Assembly: GCA_024274785.1 (NCBI GenBank)
Contig: JAJSAM010000024.1
Location: forward strand, 27,880-91,879
DNA: 64,000 nucleotides
Direction of reading: 5' to 3'
DNA from: Planctomycetota bacterium
GTDB lineage: Bacteria; Planctomycetota; JAJSAM01
Part shown: one piece after another, positions 25,994 to 35,072 of the stretch
Numbering within the stretch: the first letter of the stretch is position 1
Layout of the letters: the number at the start of each line of letters is the position of its first letter
The notes under the pieces: model-generated
Seen by the model: only the letters and a program-made list of their open reading frames with translations
The model's database searches: none
What the model was told of the DNA's origin: nothing
Translations under genes and position numbers: made by a program

Positions 25994-27268
25994 ATGCCCA
26001 ATATCTGCGTGGTCGGAGCACAGTGGGGTGACGAAGGGAAGGCGGGAATCGTCGACCTGATGGCGGAAGACGCCGCCTGGGTCGTTCGATTCCAGGGCGG
26101 TCCCAATGCCGGTCACACCGTGGTGGTGGGGGAGGAGACGTTCAAGCTCCACCTGGTGCCGTCGGGAATCGTGCGGCCGGGCGTGCGCTGCCTCGTCGGG
26201 CAGGGCGTCGTCGTGGATCTCGATGTCCTCTACCAGGAGATCGACATGCTCGAGGGGCGCGGCGTCGGCACGCAGGGGCGTCTGTTCGTTTCGGATCGGT
26301 CCCACCTGATCATGCCTTACCACCGGGTCCTCGACGGCCTGAATGAGTCGAGGGCCAGCCGGAAGATCGGGACGACTCTCAAGGGCATCGGCCCGTGCTA
26401 CGCGGACAAGGTCTCCTACCGCGGCATTCGCGTGGCCGACCTCATGAACCCGACCCTCTTCGAGGAACGGCTGCGGAGTCGCGTGGAGTCGGCGAATCTC
26501 CTGATCGAGAAGATTTACGGTGGCGATCCGCTGGACTTCGACGAGATCCACGAGACCTTCCGCCGTCACCGTGAGCGCTTGGCCCCGCATGTGGCCGACG
26601 GGGTCGAGCTTCTGCACGAGGCCGGACTGAAGGGCGATCATGTACTGTTCGAAGGCGCCCAGGGATTCCTGCTGGACGTGGACGCGGGGACTTATCCCTA
26701 CGTCACCGGCAGCAACGCTTCCACCTTCGGGATGTCCGGTGGCGCCGGCGTACCGCCGAGGGCCCTCGATCGTGCCATCGGGATCGCCAAGGCGTACTGC
26801 ACGCGGGTGGGCGAGGGGCCGTTCCCGACCGAGGATCATGGGCCGCGTGGCGACCTGATCCGGGAGCGCGGCAACGAGTTCGGGACCACCACCGGCCGTC
26901 CCCGGCGCTGTGGCTGGTTTGATGCCGTCGCTGTCCGCTACGCCGCAATGGCATCCGGTTTCGACGACCTCGCGGTCACGAAGCTCGACATCCTTTCCGG
27001 CATCGAGCCCCTGAAGGTCGCGGTGGCCTACACCGTGTCCGGGGAGCGGATCGATCGGTTCCCCGCGGACCTCGACAGCCTGATGAACGCCGAGCCGGTC
27101 TACCGCGAATTTCCGGGGTTCACCGAGGACATCACCGCTGTCACGCGGTTTGAAGACCTGCCGGCGAATGCGCGGGACTACCTGACGGCCCTCGAGGACC
27201 TGGTCGGGGTATCGGTCCGGATCGTCAGCGTTGGTCCCGAGCGGGACCAGGTCATCTTCCGGGACTGA
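25994..27268 (+). CDS. purA: Adenylosuccinate synthetase
   Basis: VVGAQWGDEGKAGIVD, GGPNAGHTV and GIGPCYADK motifs. Confidence 0.92.
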   Translation: MPNICVVGAQWGDEGKAGIVDLMAEDAAWVVRFQGGPNAGHTVVVGEETFKLHLVPSGIVRPGVRCLVGQGVVVDLDVLYQEIDMLEGRGVGTQGRLFVSDRSHLIMPYHRVLDGLNESRASRKIGTTLKGIGPCYADKVSYRGIRVADLMNPTLFEERLRSRVESANLLIEKIYGGDPLDFDEIHETFRRHRERLAPHVADGVELLHEAGLKGDHVLFEGAQGFLLDVDAGTYPYVTGSNASTFGMSGGAGVPPRALDRAIGIAKAYCTRVGEGPFPTEDHGPRGDLIRERGNEFGTTTGRPRRCGWFDAVAVRYAAMASGFDDLAVTKLDILSGIEPLKVAVAYTVSGERIDRFPADLDSLMNAEPVYREFPGFTEDITAVTRFEDLPANARDYLTALEDLVGVSVRIVSVGPERDQVIFRD

Positions 27269-27280
27269 CGGAGAACATGC

Positions 27281-28036
27281 ATGCCCGAGTCGGTCCCGCC
27301 ACTTCAGAAACCTGACCAGCAAGCAGGTGCCCTGCCGAGCCATGTGGCCATCATCATGGACGGCAACGGCCGCTGGGCTCGGCGCCAGGGCCTGAAGCGG
27401 GTTCGTGGTCATCGCGTCGGAAGCGACACCGTGCGCAACGTGACGACGGAGTGCGCGCGCCTCGGCATCGACCGGCTCACCCTCTATGCCTTCTCCAGCG
27501 AGAACTGGAAGCGCCCGAAGCGCGAGATCGATTTCCTGATGCGGCTCCTGAAGGAATTCGTCATCAAGGAACGGCCGACGTTGATGGAGAATCGGATCGT
27601 CTTCAAGACGATCGGTCAACTCGATCGGCTTCCTCTGGCGGTCCGGGAGGAACTCGAGCGGACCACCCGGATGACCGCAAAAAACACCGGACTCATCATG
27701 ACGCTCGCACTTTCCTACGGCGGCCGGGCGGAAATCGCGGATGCGGCGCGCCGGATCGCCAGGGAGGTCCGGGAAGGGACGCTCGACCCGGACGCGGTCG
27801 ACGAAGGCACCGTGGCGGCGAGGCTCTACGACCCCGAACTCACCGACCCGGATCTGCTGATCCGCACCGGCGGTGAGATGCGCATCTCGAACTACCTCTT
27901 GTGGCAGATCGCCTACTCGGAGTTCTGGGTCACCGACGTCTGCTGGCCCGACTTCTCCGTCGATCACCTGCACCGGGCTTTCGCGGAGTATGCTGATCGG
28001 GATCGCCGGTACGGTGGACTGAAGGACGAGAAATGA
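27281..28036 (+). CDS. uppS: Undecaprenyl-diphosphate synthase (cis-prenyltransferase)
   Basis: HVAIIMDGNGRWA, LTLYAFSSENWKRP and RTGGEMRISNYLLWQ motifs. Confidence 0.9.
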   Translation: MPESVPPLQKPDQQAGALPSHVAIIMDGNGRWARRQGLKRVRGHRVGSDTVRNVTTECARLGIDRLTLYAFSSENWKRPKREIDFLMRLLKEFVIKERPTLMENRIVFKTIGQLDRLPLAVREELERTTRMTAKNTGLIMTLALSYGGRAEIADAARRIAREVREGTLDPDAVDEGTVAARLYDPELTDPDLLIRTGGEMRISNYLLWQIAYSEFWVTDVCWPDFSVDHLHRAFAEYADRDRRYGGLKDEK

Positions 28037-28890
28037 CGAAAGAGCGCGTTTTCATCGCCATCACCGGGTTTGCGCTCTTCCTGGCGATCCTCTGGTTCGA
28101 CTATCACTTCGCCACCCATCTCGGGTCCCTGGCCGTCCTGGTCGTGGTCGGCACGCTGGCCCTTTTCGAGTTCTACGGTCTACTGCAGCGGATGGGGCTC
28201 GACCCGGACCCGGTGACCGGAATGGTGGCGGCCATCACCCTCTTCCTGACACGCGGGCTCCTGCAACAGGCCGGTGTTTCGAGTTTGACCGCCCAGGCCG
28301 CTGTCGGTTGCCTGCTCTGCGGCGCCGTGGCCTTCCCCTTTATCCAGGCCATGTTCCGTTACGGGCCGAAGAACCCGGGAGGCCGGGAAGACTTCGACCG
28401 CGCCGGTGCGACGCTGCTTGGCCTGCTGTACGTCTGGCTCTTCCTCTCCTTCCTCATGGAACTTCGATTGCTGGGCGATGAAACGCTGCACAAGGGGCTC
28501 AAGCTCACGGTGATCCTCGTGCTCTCCGTCAAGATCGGCGACTCCACGGCCTACCTGGTGGGGCGGACGATCGGCACCCGCCCGTTGATCTGGGTGAGCC
28601 CCAGGAAGACCTGGGAAGGTGTGGGGGGGAGCTTCGCGGGGTCCATGGTCGTCGCTGCGGCTCTTGGAGCACTCTTCGGTTTTTGCTGGTGGAAGCTCCT
28701 GATCTTCGGCTTCCTGGTCAGCATCGCCGGGCAGTTGGGCGATCTTGTGGAGTCCCTGCTCAAGCGTCGCGCGGGGGTGAAGGACTCCGGTACGATTCTG
28801 AAGGAGATCGGCGGGTTCCTCGATCTCGTGGACAGCGTCCTCTTCGCGGCGCCGGTGGCCTACTTGTCGGTGCTGGCGTTGGGGATATAA
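28033..28890 (+). CDS. cdsA: Phosphatidate cytidylyltransferase (CTP_transf_1 family)
   Basis: ATGA overlap with uppS. Polytopic membrane protein. C-terminal SLLKRRAGVKDSG...DLVDS is related to the CdsA signature, although the HGG element is divergent. Confidence 0.75.
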   Translation: MTKERVFIAITGFALFLAILWFDYHFATHLGSLAVLVVVGTLALFEFYGLLQRMGLDPDPVTGMVAAITLFLTRGLLQQAGVSSLTAQAAVGCLLCGAVAFPFIQAMFRYGPKNPGGREDFDRAGATLLGLLYVWLFLSFLMELRLLGDETLHKGLKLTVILVLSVKIGDSTAYLVGRTIGTRPLIWVSPRKTWEGVGGSFAGSMVVAAALGALFGFCWWKLLIFGFLVSIAGQLGDLVESLLKRRAGVKDSGTILKEIGGFLDLVDSVLFAAPVAYLSVLALGI

Positions 28891-28946
28891 TCCACCGCCC
28901 GTCTTTTTCGGCACCCATTTTCCTGCACCCAGACATCAGGAGGAGC

Positions 28947-29870
28947 ATGCGGGAGGCAATCCGACTGGCCGGTGTCGAGGAAGAGAGAGCTCTTCTCGGT
29001 CCCCGGGACGTCACGATCCGTCGAATTCGCGATGCGTTGGGCGTTCGCGCATTCCTGCGGAGCGGGAATCTGACCGTCGAGGGAGATCCGGACGCGGTTC
29101 GGGAAGCGATCCGGGTTCTTACCCGGCTCCTCGACATCGTGCGCGCCACCGGTGACCTCACCGAGGAGGACGTGGACTCGGTCATCGACCGGTCTCCTGT
29201 CTCGGAGACCGGTGGCCAGGGGATCGTCCGCGCACTCGACGGCAGCTTCATCGCGCCCCGTTCGAAGGGGCAGCGCGTGTACGTCGAGGCGATGCGGAAT
29301 CGCGGCATCACGATGGCGATCGGTCCCGCGGGGACCGGCAAGACCTTCCTCGCGGTAGCCATGGCGGTCTCCTGTCTCCGGCAGGGATTGTTCCGCCGCC
29401 TGGTGCTGGTGCGCCCGGCGGTGGAGGCCGGGGAGAAGCTCGGCTTTCTCCCCGGCGATCTGGCTGAGAAGGTCAATCCCTACCTCCGCCCTCTCTATGA
29501 CGCGCTCGGCGATCTGCTTGAATTCACCCAGATTCAACGGTATCGCGATCAGGACGTGATCGAGATCGTCCCGCTGGCGTTTATGCGTGGGCGGACTCTC
29601 GACAACGCCTTCATCATCCTGGACGAGGCTCAGAACACGACTCCGGAGCAGATGATGATGTTCCTGACGCGGATGGGCCGGAACTCCATGATCGTGGCCA
29701 CCGGGGACATCACGCAGGTGGACCTCGCCGACGACCAGGTCTCCGGCCTGGTCGATGCTCAAAAGGTGCTGGCGGAGATCGAGGGCGTTTCCTTCGTTCG
29801 CCTGAAGATGTCGGACATCGTTCGCCATCCCCTGGTCCAGGAGATCGTCAACGCCTACGAGCATCGCTAG
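28947..29870 (+). CDS. phoH: PhoH-like ATPase (YbeZ)
   Basis: ATG at 28947 is preceded by AGGAGG. Walker A AIGPAGTGKTFLAVA. PhoH motifs LVRPAVEAGEKLGFLPGD and DEAQNTT. The upstream in-frame extension was rejected. Confidence 0.88.
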   Translation: MREAIRLAGVEEERALLGPRDVTIRRIRDALGVRAFLRSGNLTVEGDPDAVREAIRVLTRLLDIVRATGDLTEEDVDSVIDRSPVSETGGQGIVRALDGSFIAPRSKGQRVYVEAMRNRGITMAIGPAGTGKTFLAVAMAVSCLRQGLFRRLVLVRPAVEAGEKLGFLPGDLAEKVNPYLRPLYDALGDLLEFTQIQRYRDQDVIEIVPLAFMRGRTLDNAFIILDEAQNTTPEQMMMFLTRMGRNSMIVATGDITQVDLADDQVSGLVDAQKVLAEIEGVSFVRLKMSDIVRHPLVQEIVNAYEHR

Positions 29871-29893
29871 GAAAGCAACAGTGGGGGATCCTG

Positions 29894-31465
29894 ATGAAGC
29901 CCATGCGGGCGTGGATGGGAGGGTTTCACGGCTCCCGCTCCCTGCGGCAGGCACGGGTCAGCACGACGACCCCGGCGGTCCCCCGGAGCGAGCGCGAACT
30001 CCCGGCTTTCCGCCACCCGCGGACACTCCTGGCGATGGGGATCTGCCTGACGTTGGCGACCGCCGTTTTCCTCCTCGACTGGGCGGAACTCGACGACCGC
30101 CGTCGCGTGGCCGGCGCGCTCCTTCTCGCTGGGATCCTGAACGCCATGTTCGCCATGTACCTGATCGGATTTCGGCGCCAGGTCCTCCGGCGTCGCTCCC
30201 GACTGTCCCTGGTGATGCTCCTGGCGCTGATCGTCCTCGGTTGCGCGGCGCTGGCGGCTTCTCCCCAGGGCGTGTGGCCCTCGTACCTGATCCCGCTGAC
30301 CGCCGCGACGATCGTGCTCGCGGTCGTGTTCGACCGTCGGTTCGCGCTGGAGGCGTCCGGGTTGCTTCTCCTCTACATCGCGGTCATCCTGCTCTCCCGC
30401 GGCGAGGTCGGTGGCCGGGAGATCGTGCGAACCGTAAGCGTCCTCGCCGCCGGTGTGCTCACCGCCGTGCTGACGACCGGTCGGATCCGGACGCGAAGCC
30501 GCATCATTCAGATCGGGGCGCTGATCGGCGTGGTGCACTTCATGACGATCGCGGCATTCTTCCTCCTCTGGACCGATTCCCGGCCGGGGGGAAGCATGGT
30601 CCTTCTCGAGCAGCTTCTGTTCTGGCTCGGACATGGGGTCATGGTGGGCTTCGTGGTCTCCGGATCGCTGCCGCTGCTCGAATACCTGTTCGGGATCTCT
30701 ACCGACATCAGCCTGCTCGAGCTCTCGAACATCGCGCAGCAGACGGTGCTCCGGCGGCTGCTCCTGGCCGCACCCGGGACCTACAACCACTCCTTCATCG
30801 TGGGGATGCTCTCGGAGGAGGCCGCCGAGGCCATCGGGGCAAATCCCCTGCTCGCCCGGGTGGGCGGGTACTACCACGATATCGGCAAGATGATGAAACC
30901 GGAGTACTTCGGAGAGAACGAGGTGGTGCCCGGAGCGCATCACAAGCCTCTGTCGCCGACCATGTCCACCCTGATCATCAAGTCCCACGTGAAAGACGGC
31001 AGCGAATTGGCCCGGCACTACGATCTGCCCCGGCCGATCATCGACATCGTCGAACAACACCACGGCACGACCATGGTGGAGTTCTTCTATCACAAGGCGC
31101 TGAAGCGGGCCGGCGAGGGGGAGCGGGTCGAGGAGTCGACGTTTCGCTACGAGGGACCGAAGCCACGAAGCCGGGAGGCGGGGATTGTCATGCTGGCGGA
31201 CTCCGTCGAGGCGGCGACGCGGTCACTTTCGGATCCGACCTCGGCGAGGATCGAGTCCACCATTCGGAATATCTCCACCCGCAAACTCTCCGATGGGCAG
31301 CTCGACGAATGTGGTCTCAGCCTGCGGGACGTTCGCAGGATCGAGGACTCCTTCATCCGCGTGCTGGCCGGGATCTTCCACAAGCGGCCCCGGTATCCTG
31401 AAATCGTCACGACCAAGCGAGGCCTCCCCGCGCCGGCGACGTTCGGCGGATCCGGTGGGTCGTGA
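29894..31465 (+). CDS. 7TM-receptor with intracellular HD phosphohydrolase domain (YqfF/7TMR-HD family)
   Basis: Seven N-terminal TM helices. HD motifs (HSFIVGML, YYHDIGKM, EQHHGTT). The conserved gene order is phoH / 7TM-HD / ybeY. Confidence 0.8.
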   Translation: MKPMRAWMGGFHGSRSLRQARVSTTTPAVPRSERELPAFRHPRTLLAMGICLTLATAVFLLDWAELDDRRRVAGALLLAGILNAMFAMYLIGFRRQVLRRRSRLSLVMLLALIVLGCAALAASPQGVWPSYLIPLTAATIVLAVVFDRRFALEASGLLLLYIAVILLSRGEVGGREIVRTVSVLAAGVLTAVLTTGRIRTRSRIIQIGALIGVVHFMTIAAFFLLWTDSRPGGSMVLLEQLLFWLGHGVMVGFVVSGSLPLLEYLFGISTDISLLELSNIAQQTVLRRLLLAAPGTYNHSFIVGMLSEEAAEAIGANPLLARVGGYYHDIGKMMKPEYFGENEVVPGAHHKPLSPTMSTLIIKSHVKDGSELARHYDLPRPIIDIVEQHHGTTMVEFFYHKALKRAGEGERVEESTFRYEGPKPRSREAGIVMLADSVEAATRSLSDPTSARIESTIRNISTRKLSDGQLDECGLSLRDVRRIEDSFIRVLAGIFHKRPRYPEIVTTKRGLPAPATFGGSGGS

Positions 31466-31908
31466 GGGTTGTGCTGACCAATGTGCAGGATGCCCTTCCG
31501 ATCGATGAGGACCGCCTGCTCGGTGAGATCGAGTCCCTCGCCCGCGGTGCCGGGTTCTCCGGAGAACTGTCGGTCGCCCTGGTGACCGACGCCGCGATTC
31601 ACGATCTCAATCGAGACTACCTGGGGCACGACTGCGCAACGGACGTCCTCGCCTTTCCGCTCGGTGAGGAGGGTGAGGAGGAAGGCGAGGTCGTGGTCTC
31701 GGTGGAGCGGGCGATCACCGAGGCGGGGGAGCGGGGCGTTCTGGCGGAAGCCGAGCTGATCTTCTACATCGCCCACGGCATCCTGCACCTCACCGGCTAC
31801 GACGATCACGAGCCCGAAGCCGCTCGCCGGATGCACGCCGTTGCGCTCAGGCTCCTGCGGGGCCTCGGTTACCGGAACAGTATCGCCGCGCGGCAAAGGG
31901 GAGAGTAA
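31462..31908 (+). CDS. ybeY: Endoribonuclease YbeY (rRNA maturation factor)
   Basis: GTG start overlapping the upstream stop. HGILHLTGYDDH zinc-binding motif. About 148 aa. Confidence 0.88.
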   Translation: MRVVLTNVQDALPIDEDRLLGEIESLARGAGFSGELSVALVTDAAIHDLNRDYLGHDCATDVLAFPLGEEGEEEGEVVVSVERAITEAGERGVLAEAELIFYIAHGILHLTGYDDHEPEAARRMHAVALRLLRGLGYRNSIAARQRGE

Positions 31909-32150
31909 ACCGCGGGCCGGGTGGCTGAGCGGAAATGGACCTCGGGGGCTGCGAGCTTCATCCGCCGGATCACGGGGAGCCCTTCCGGAGTTCCCTCGGA
32001 TCATGCCCCGGGCCCGAGTTGCGCTACCCGAACAGCGCCCCCGTCTGCTCCGAGAAATCGCCGAGCAGGTCGATCAGGGGGGGGGCGACGGGGGCGGCGA
32101 TCCGGCCTCTCCCGGCCGGGCGAAGCTTGTTTTTCCCGGTCGGTTTCAGG

Positions 32151-33011
32151 TTAATCGTGACGGGCATGGTGTGAGCCTCCACTCTGACGCCAGCGCGTTT
32201 CCGCGAGCCGGCGGTTCTCGGGTGTACTTACGTCGAACCAGATCCCCTGGAAGAAGAACGCGCCCAGTTCGCCCTGCGCCGCGAGCCGGGGGAAGACATC
32301 GGTCTCGAGCCGGGAAGGCTTGTCCTGGTCGATGAGGTCGAGGACCTCGGGCTCCAGGAGGTAAACACCGGTATTCACGATGCTGATGCCGCCGCTGCGG
32401 GAGCGATGGATGAACTCGAGGATCCGATTGCCCTCCAGCACCACCTTTCCGTAGTTTTTCTCCACCTGGCGCGGCTTGACCGCGATGGTGGCCAGGGTGT
32501 TTTCACCGCGGTGGAACCGGATGAAGCCGCTGATGTCGATGTCCGTCAGCACATCGGCGTTAACGGTCAGGAAGGGGCCGGATTCGAGGTGCTTCCGGGC
32601 TCGCCGGACCGCGCCGGCCGTACCCAGCGGGCGGGTCTCCATGACGTATTCGATTTCGACGCCCAGGTGGTGGCCGTCTCCGAGGTGTCCCCTGACCGCA
32701 TCTCCGCGCTTGCCCGCCAGGACGACGAAGCGCCTGATTCCATGGCTGGCGAGGTGCTCCACGGTCCGGGAGATGAGCGGCTTGCCGCCGATGGGAACGA
32801 GGCAGGGGATGTCGCCGCGCCGGGCCGGGCCGCCAGCGAGCAGGACCGCGGTCTCCACCTCCGGAACGATGGACTGCCGCAGGAGCATTTCGATGGCGTG
32901 GGAGCGATTGCGTACGGTCTGCTTGTCGATGAGCCGGTCGACCTTTGCAAGCAGATCGTGGGAAAGGGTGATCGTCAGCCGCGCCTTGCTCCTCATGGCT
33001 GCCCGGGCCAT
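32151..33011 (-). CDS. Ribbon-helix-helix (CopG-like) DNA-binding domain fused to a sugar-1-phosphate nucleotidyltransferase domain
   Basis: N-terminal RLTITLSHDLLAKVDRLIDKQTVRNRSHAIEMLLRQ is RHH. This is followed by the NTP_transferase fold (VLLAGGPARRGD..., GTAGAVR, GIWFDVSTPE). The G-loop is divergent (GGPARR instead of GGxGTRL). Confidence 0.7.
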   Translation of the reverse strand: MARAAMRSKARLTITLSHDLLAKVDRLIDKQTVRNRSHAIEMLLRQSIVPEVETAVLLAGGPARRGDIPCLVPIGGKPLISRTVEHLASHGIRRFVVLAGKRGDAVRGHLGDGHHLGVEIEYVMETRPLGTAGAVRRARKHLESGPFLTVNADVLTDIDISGFIRFHRGENTLATIAVKPRQVEKNYGKVVLEGNRILEFIHRSRSGGISIVNTGVYLLEPEVLDLIDQDKPSRLETDVFPRLAAQGELGAFFFQGIWFDVSTPENRRLAETRWRQSGGSHHARHD

Positions 33012-33012
33012 G

Positions 33013-33031
33013 TGTCATACTTTGTCATACT
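33013..33031 (-). promoter_or_regulatory. Direct repeat TGTCATACT-n1-TGTCATACT abutting the RHH gene start codon (candidate operator)
   Basis: tgtcatact at 33013-33021 and again at 33023-33031 (a 10-nt period), 1-2 nt upstream of the ATG at 33011. Confidence 0.4.
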
Positions 33032-33188
33032 CAAATGATCGTCCGTACCAGTTGTCCTGTCCAGCGGATTTCCATGATGGGGGGCAATTCTTCGGTCACG
33101 GGAGACGGGGGACGGTGGCTTTGCATTCGGCTCGCATTCCCGCTCGCAATACGGTCGGGGGTCGGATATCGTCGAGCGGGGAGGGTGC

Positions 33189-35072
33189 ATGGTTGACCGG
33201 ATCGAGAAGCTGGAGCGGCAAGTGGCCGAATTGGCTTCCGAAGTCGCGGCGCTCAAGGCCAACCTCTGCTCCGGATCCCGGGTGGCGGATCCGAAGGAAA
33301 GGGCCGGCGCGGTATGCAATGCGGCCGAACCGGCCGGTGGCTCTTCTGAAGGCTGGGCCATCAGCAGAGACTTCGAGCGCCTGGTTGCCGAGCATGGCCT
33401 GGTCATCCTGGCCGGTATCGCCAGCCTCGTCCTCGCGGTGGCGGTGGTCCTGCGCCAGGCGACGATCAACTCGGACCTGCCGGTCGCATTCGGAGCGGCG
33501 CTCGGCCTGGCCTACTGCACTCTCCTGATGGCGATCTCCTTCCTTCGCTACCGCAAGGGGGCGGGTCTGCAGGGAGACGTCTTCCTCGTTCTGGCCACCG
33601 CCATCCTGAACGCGATCCTGGTCGAGGTCACCCTTCGGCCGGATGGATTCACCCGAACGGTCTCCTATGCGGTGCTGGCGACGGCCCTGGTGATCCTGGC
33701 GGTCATCTCGCTGCGGAACGGCCGCGCGGTGCCGTTTACCGCCTGCGTGCTGGCCGCACCCATCGCCGGCGCCGCGATCGGTGGGCGGCCTTTTCAGCAC
33801 CCGCTCTTCGCGACGATCCTCGGGATGTCTCTGCTCCTCTCGTGGGTGGGAAGCATTCTCCGGGGGTTCGGGCGAATCCGGTGGTTCACCGGGTTCCTGA
33901 CCCTCTCGTATGTGTTCACGCTCGGTGCACTGGCAAAAACCGCGCTGCGCCCGGACATGGCCCAGCACGCGCTGGCTCGCCCGGTGCCGGCGCTTTCGGT
34001 GCTGGCCGGCCTTCTCCTTATTCTGCTTCTGCCGGCGGTCGTCGCCTCTCTCAAGCGCCACCGCAGTCTCGATGCATTCGAGGTGACGACGGCGGTTGCG
34101 GGGCCGCTCGCGGTGTTGGTCGCGGGGACCGGGATCCTCCTGGCACTGCCTTCCGGGGCGCGCGTGGCCGGCCTCGCCTGCCTCGGCCTCGGAATACTCT
34201 TTTATGTGACCGCTGCCATCGGCTTTATCCGTCACGGCGCGGAGAGCCGCAGCTTCTACGTTCTCAGCATCAACGCCCTCGTCTACGTCCTCGCGGGCTT
34301 CGCGTTTCTGACGGGCGGGGGGGTGGCGTACGGCGTCACGGTGCAGGGAGCGGCCCTGGTGCTCTCGATCTTCGCGCTGAAACTGGGGAAACGGACGCTG
34401 TCCGTGCAGGCCTTCCTGCTCACCTGCCTGGCGTTTCTGGTGAATGCGAAGACCGGCATCGACCTGTCCGCCCCGGGTGACGGTCTCGCCACACGCATCG
34501 GACCCGCGGTGTGGCTGATCATTTCCGGGGTGATGGCCACTTTCGTCTTCGTTTTCCAGCGTGCCTTCCGCTGGGACAGCCAGAGATTCAGCTTGAAGCG
34601 GCTGAACGCTCACGCCACCGCCCTGGTGGTCGCTCTCGCCATCGGCCAGATCCAACTGCTCTCGGGGTTGCTCCCCCTGATCTACGATCTGGTGATCGGG
34701 ATCGTCGGCACCGCTGATCCCGAGACGCTGTCGGACGTGTGGCACACGATCTACACCCTGCTTCTGGTCTCCGGTTCGCTCATGACGCTGGGGCTCGCGG
34801 TGCGGTTGCGCCTCGGTGGGGCGACGGTACTGGCCGCCGTGGTCATGGTTGCCGCGGGGCTCAAGCTCTTCCTGCACGACGCCATGACCGTGCACTGGAC
34901 GCTGCTGGCGTTCTCGGCCAGTGCATTCGGACTCTCCCTGATCGCCGCGTCGCTCCTCTACCGGAGATTCCGGGGGATCAGCGCTTCGCAGCGCCCGCGG
35001 CCGACGCCTTCTCTTCCCGGCCGAAGAACGGAAACGCCCGATCGAACTGCCGAAGCAGGAGGAAGGGGATGA
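33189..35072 (+). CDS. Polytopic membrane protein with an N-terminal coiled coil (DUF2339-like)
   Basis: ATG is preceded by GGGGAGGG. N-terminal coiled coil IEKLERQVAELASEVAALKANL, followed by at least 14 predicted TM helices. The 3' end overlaps the convergent nrfD-like gene by about 95 nt. Confidence 0.55.
   Translation: MVDRIEKLERQVAELASEVAALKANLCSGSRVADPKERAGAVCNAAEPAGGSSEGWAISRDFERLVAEHGLVILAGIASLVLAVAVVLRQATINSDLPVAFGAALGLAYCTLLMAISFLRYRKGAGLQGDVFLVLATAILNAILVEVTLRPDGFTRTVSYAVLATALVILAVISLRNGRAVPFTACVLAAPIAGAAIGGRPFQHPLFATILGMSLLLSWVGSILRGFGRIRWFTGFLTLSYVFTLGALAKTALRPDMAQHALARPVPALSVLAGLLLILLLPAVVASLKRHRSLDAFEVTTAVAGPLAVLVAGTGILLALPSGARVAGLACLGLGILFYVTAAIGFIRHGAESRSFYVLSINALVYVLAGFAFLTGGGVAYGVTVQGAALVLSIFALKLGKRTLSVQAFLLTCLAFLVNAKTGIDLSAPGDGLATRIGPAVWLIISGVMATFVFVFQRAFRWDSQRFSLKRLNAHATALVVALAIGQIQLLSGLLPLIYDLVIGIVGTADPETLSDVWHTIYTLLLVSGSLMTLGLAVRLRLGGATVLAAVVMVAAGLKLFLHDAMTVHWTLLAFSASAFGLSLIAASLLYRRFRGISASQRPRPTPSLPGRRTETPDRTAEAGGRG

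Noticed and set aside
28683-28946. N-terminal extension of phoH (ORF called from 28683) overlapping the cdsA 3' end
   Set aside because: PhoH homology begins at MREAIRL, and an AGGAGG RBS precedes the ATG at 28947. The extension is low-complexity.
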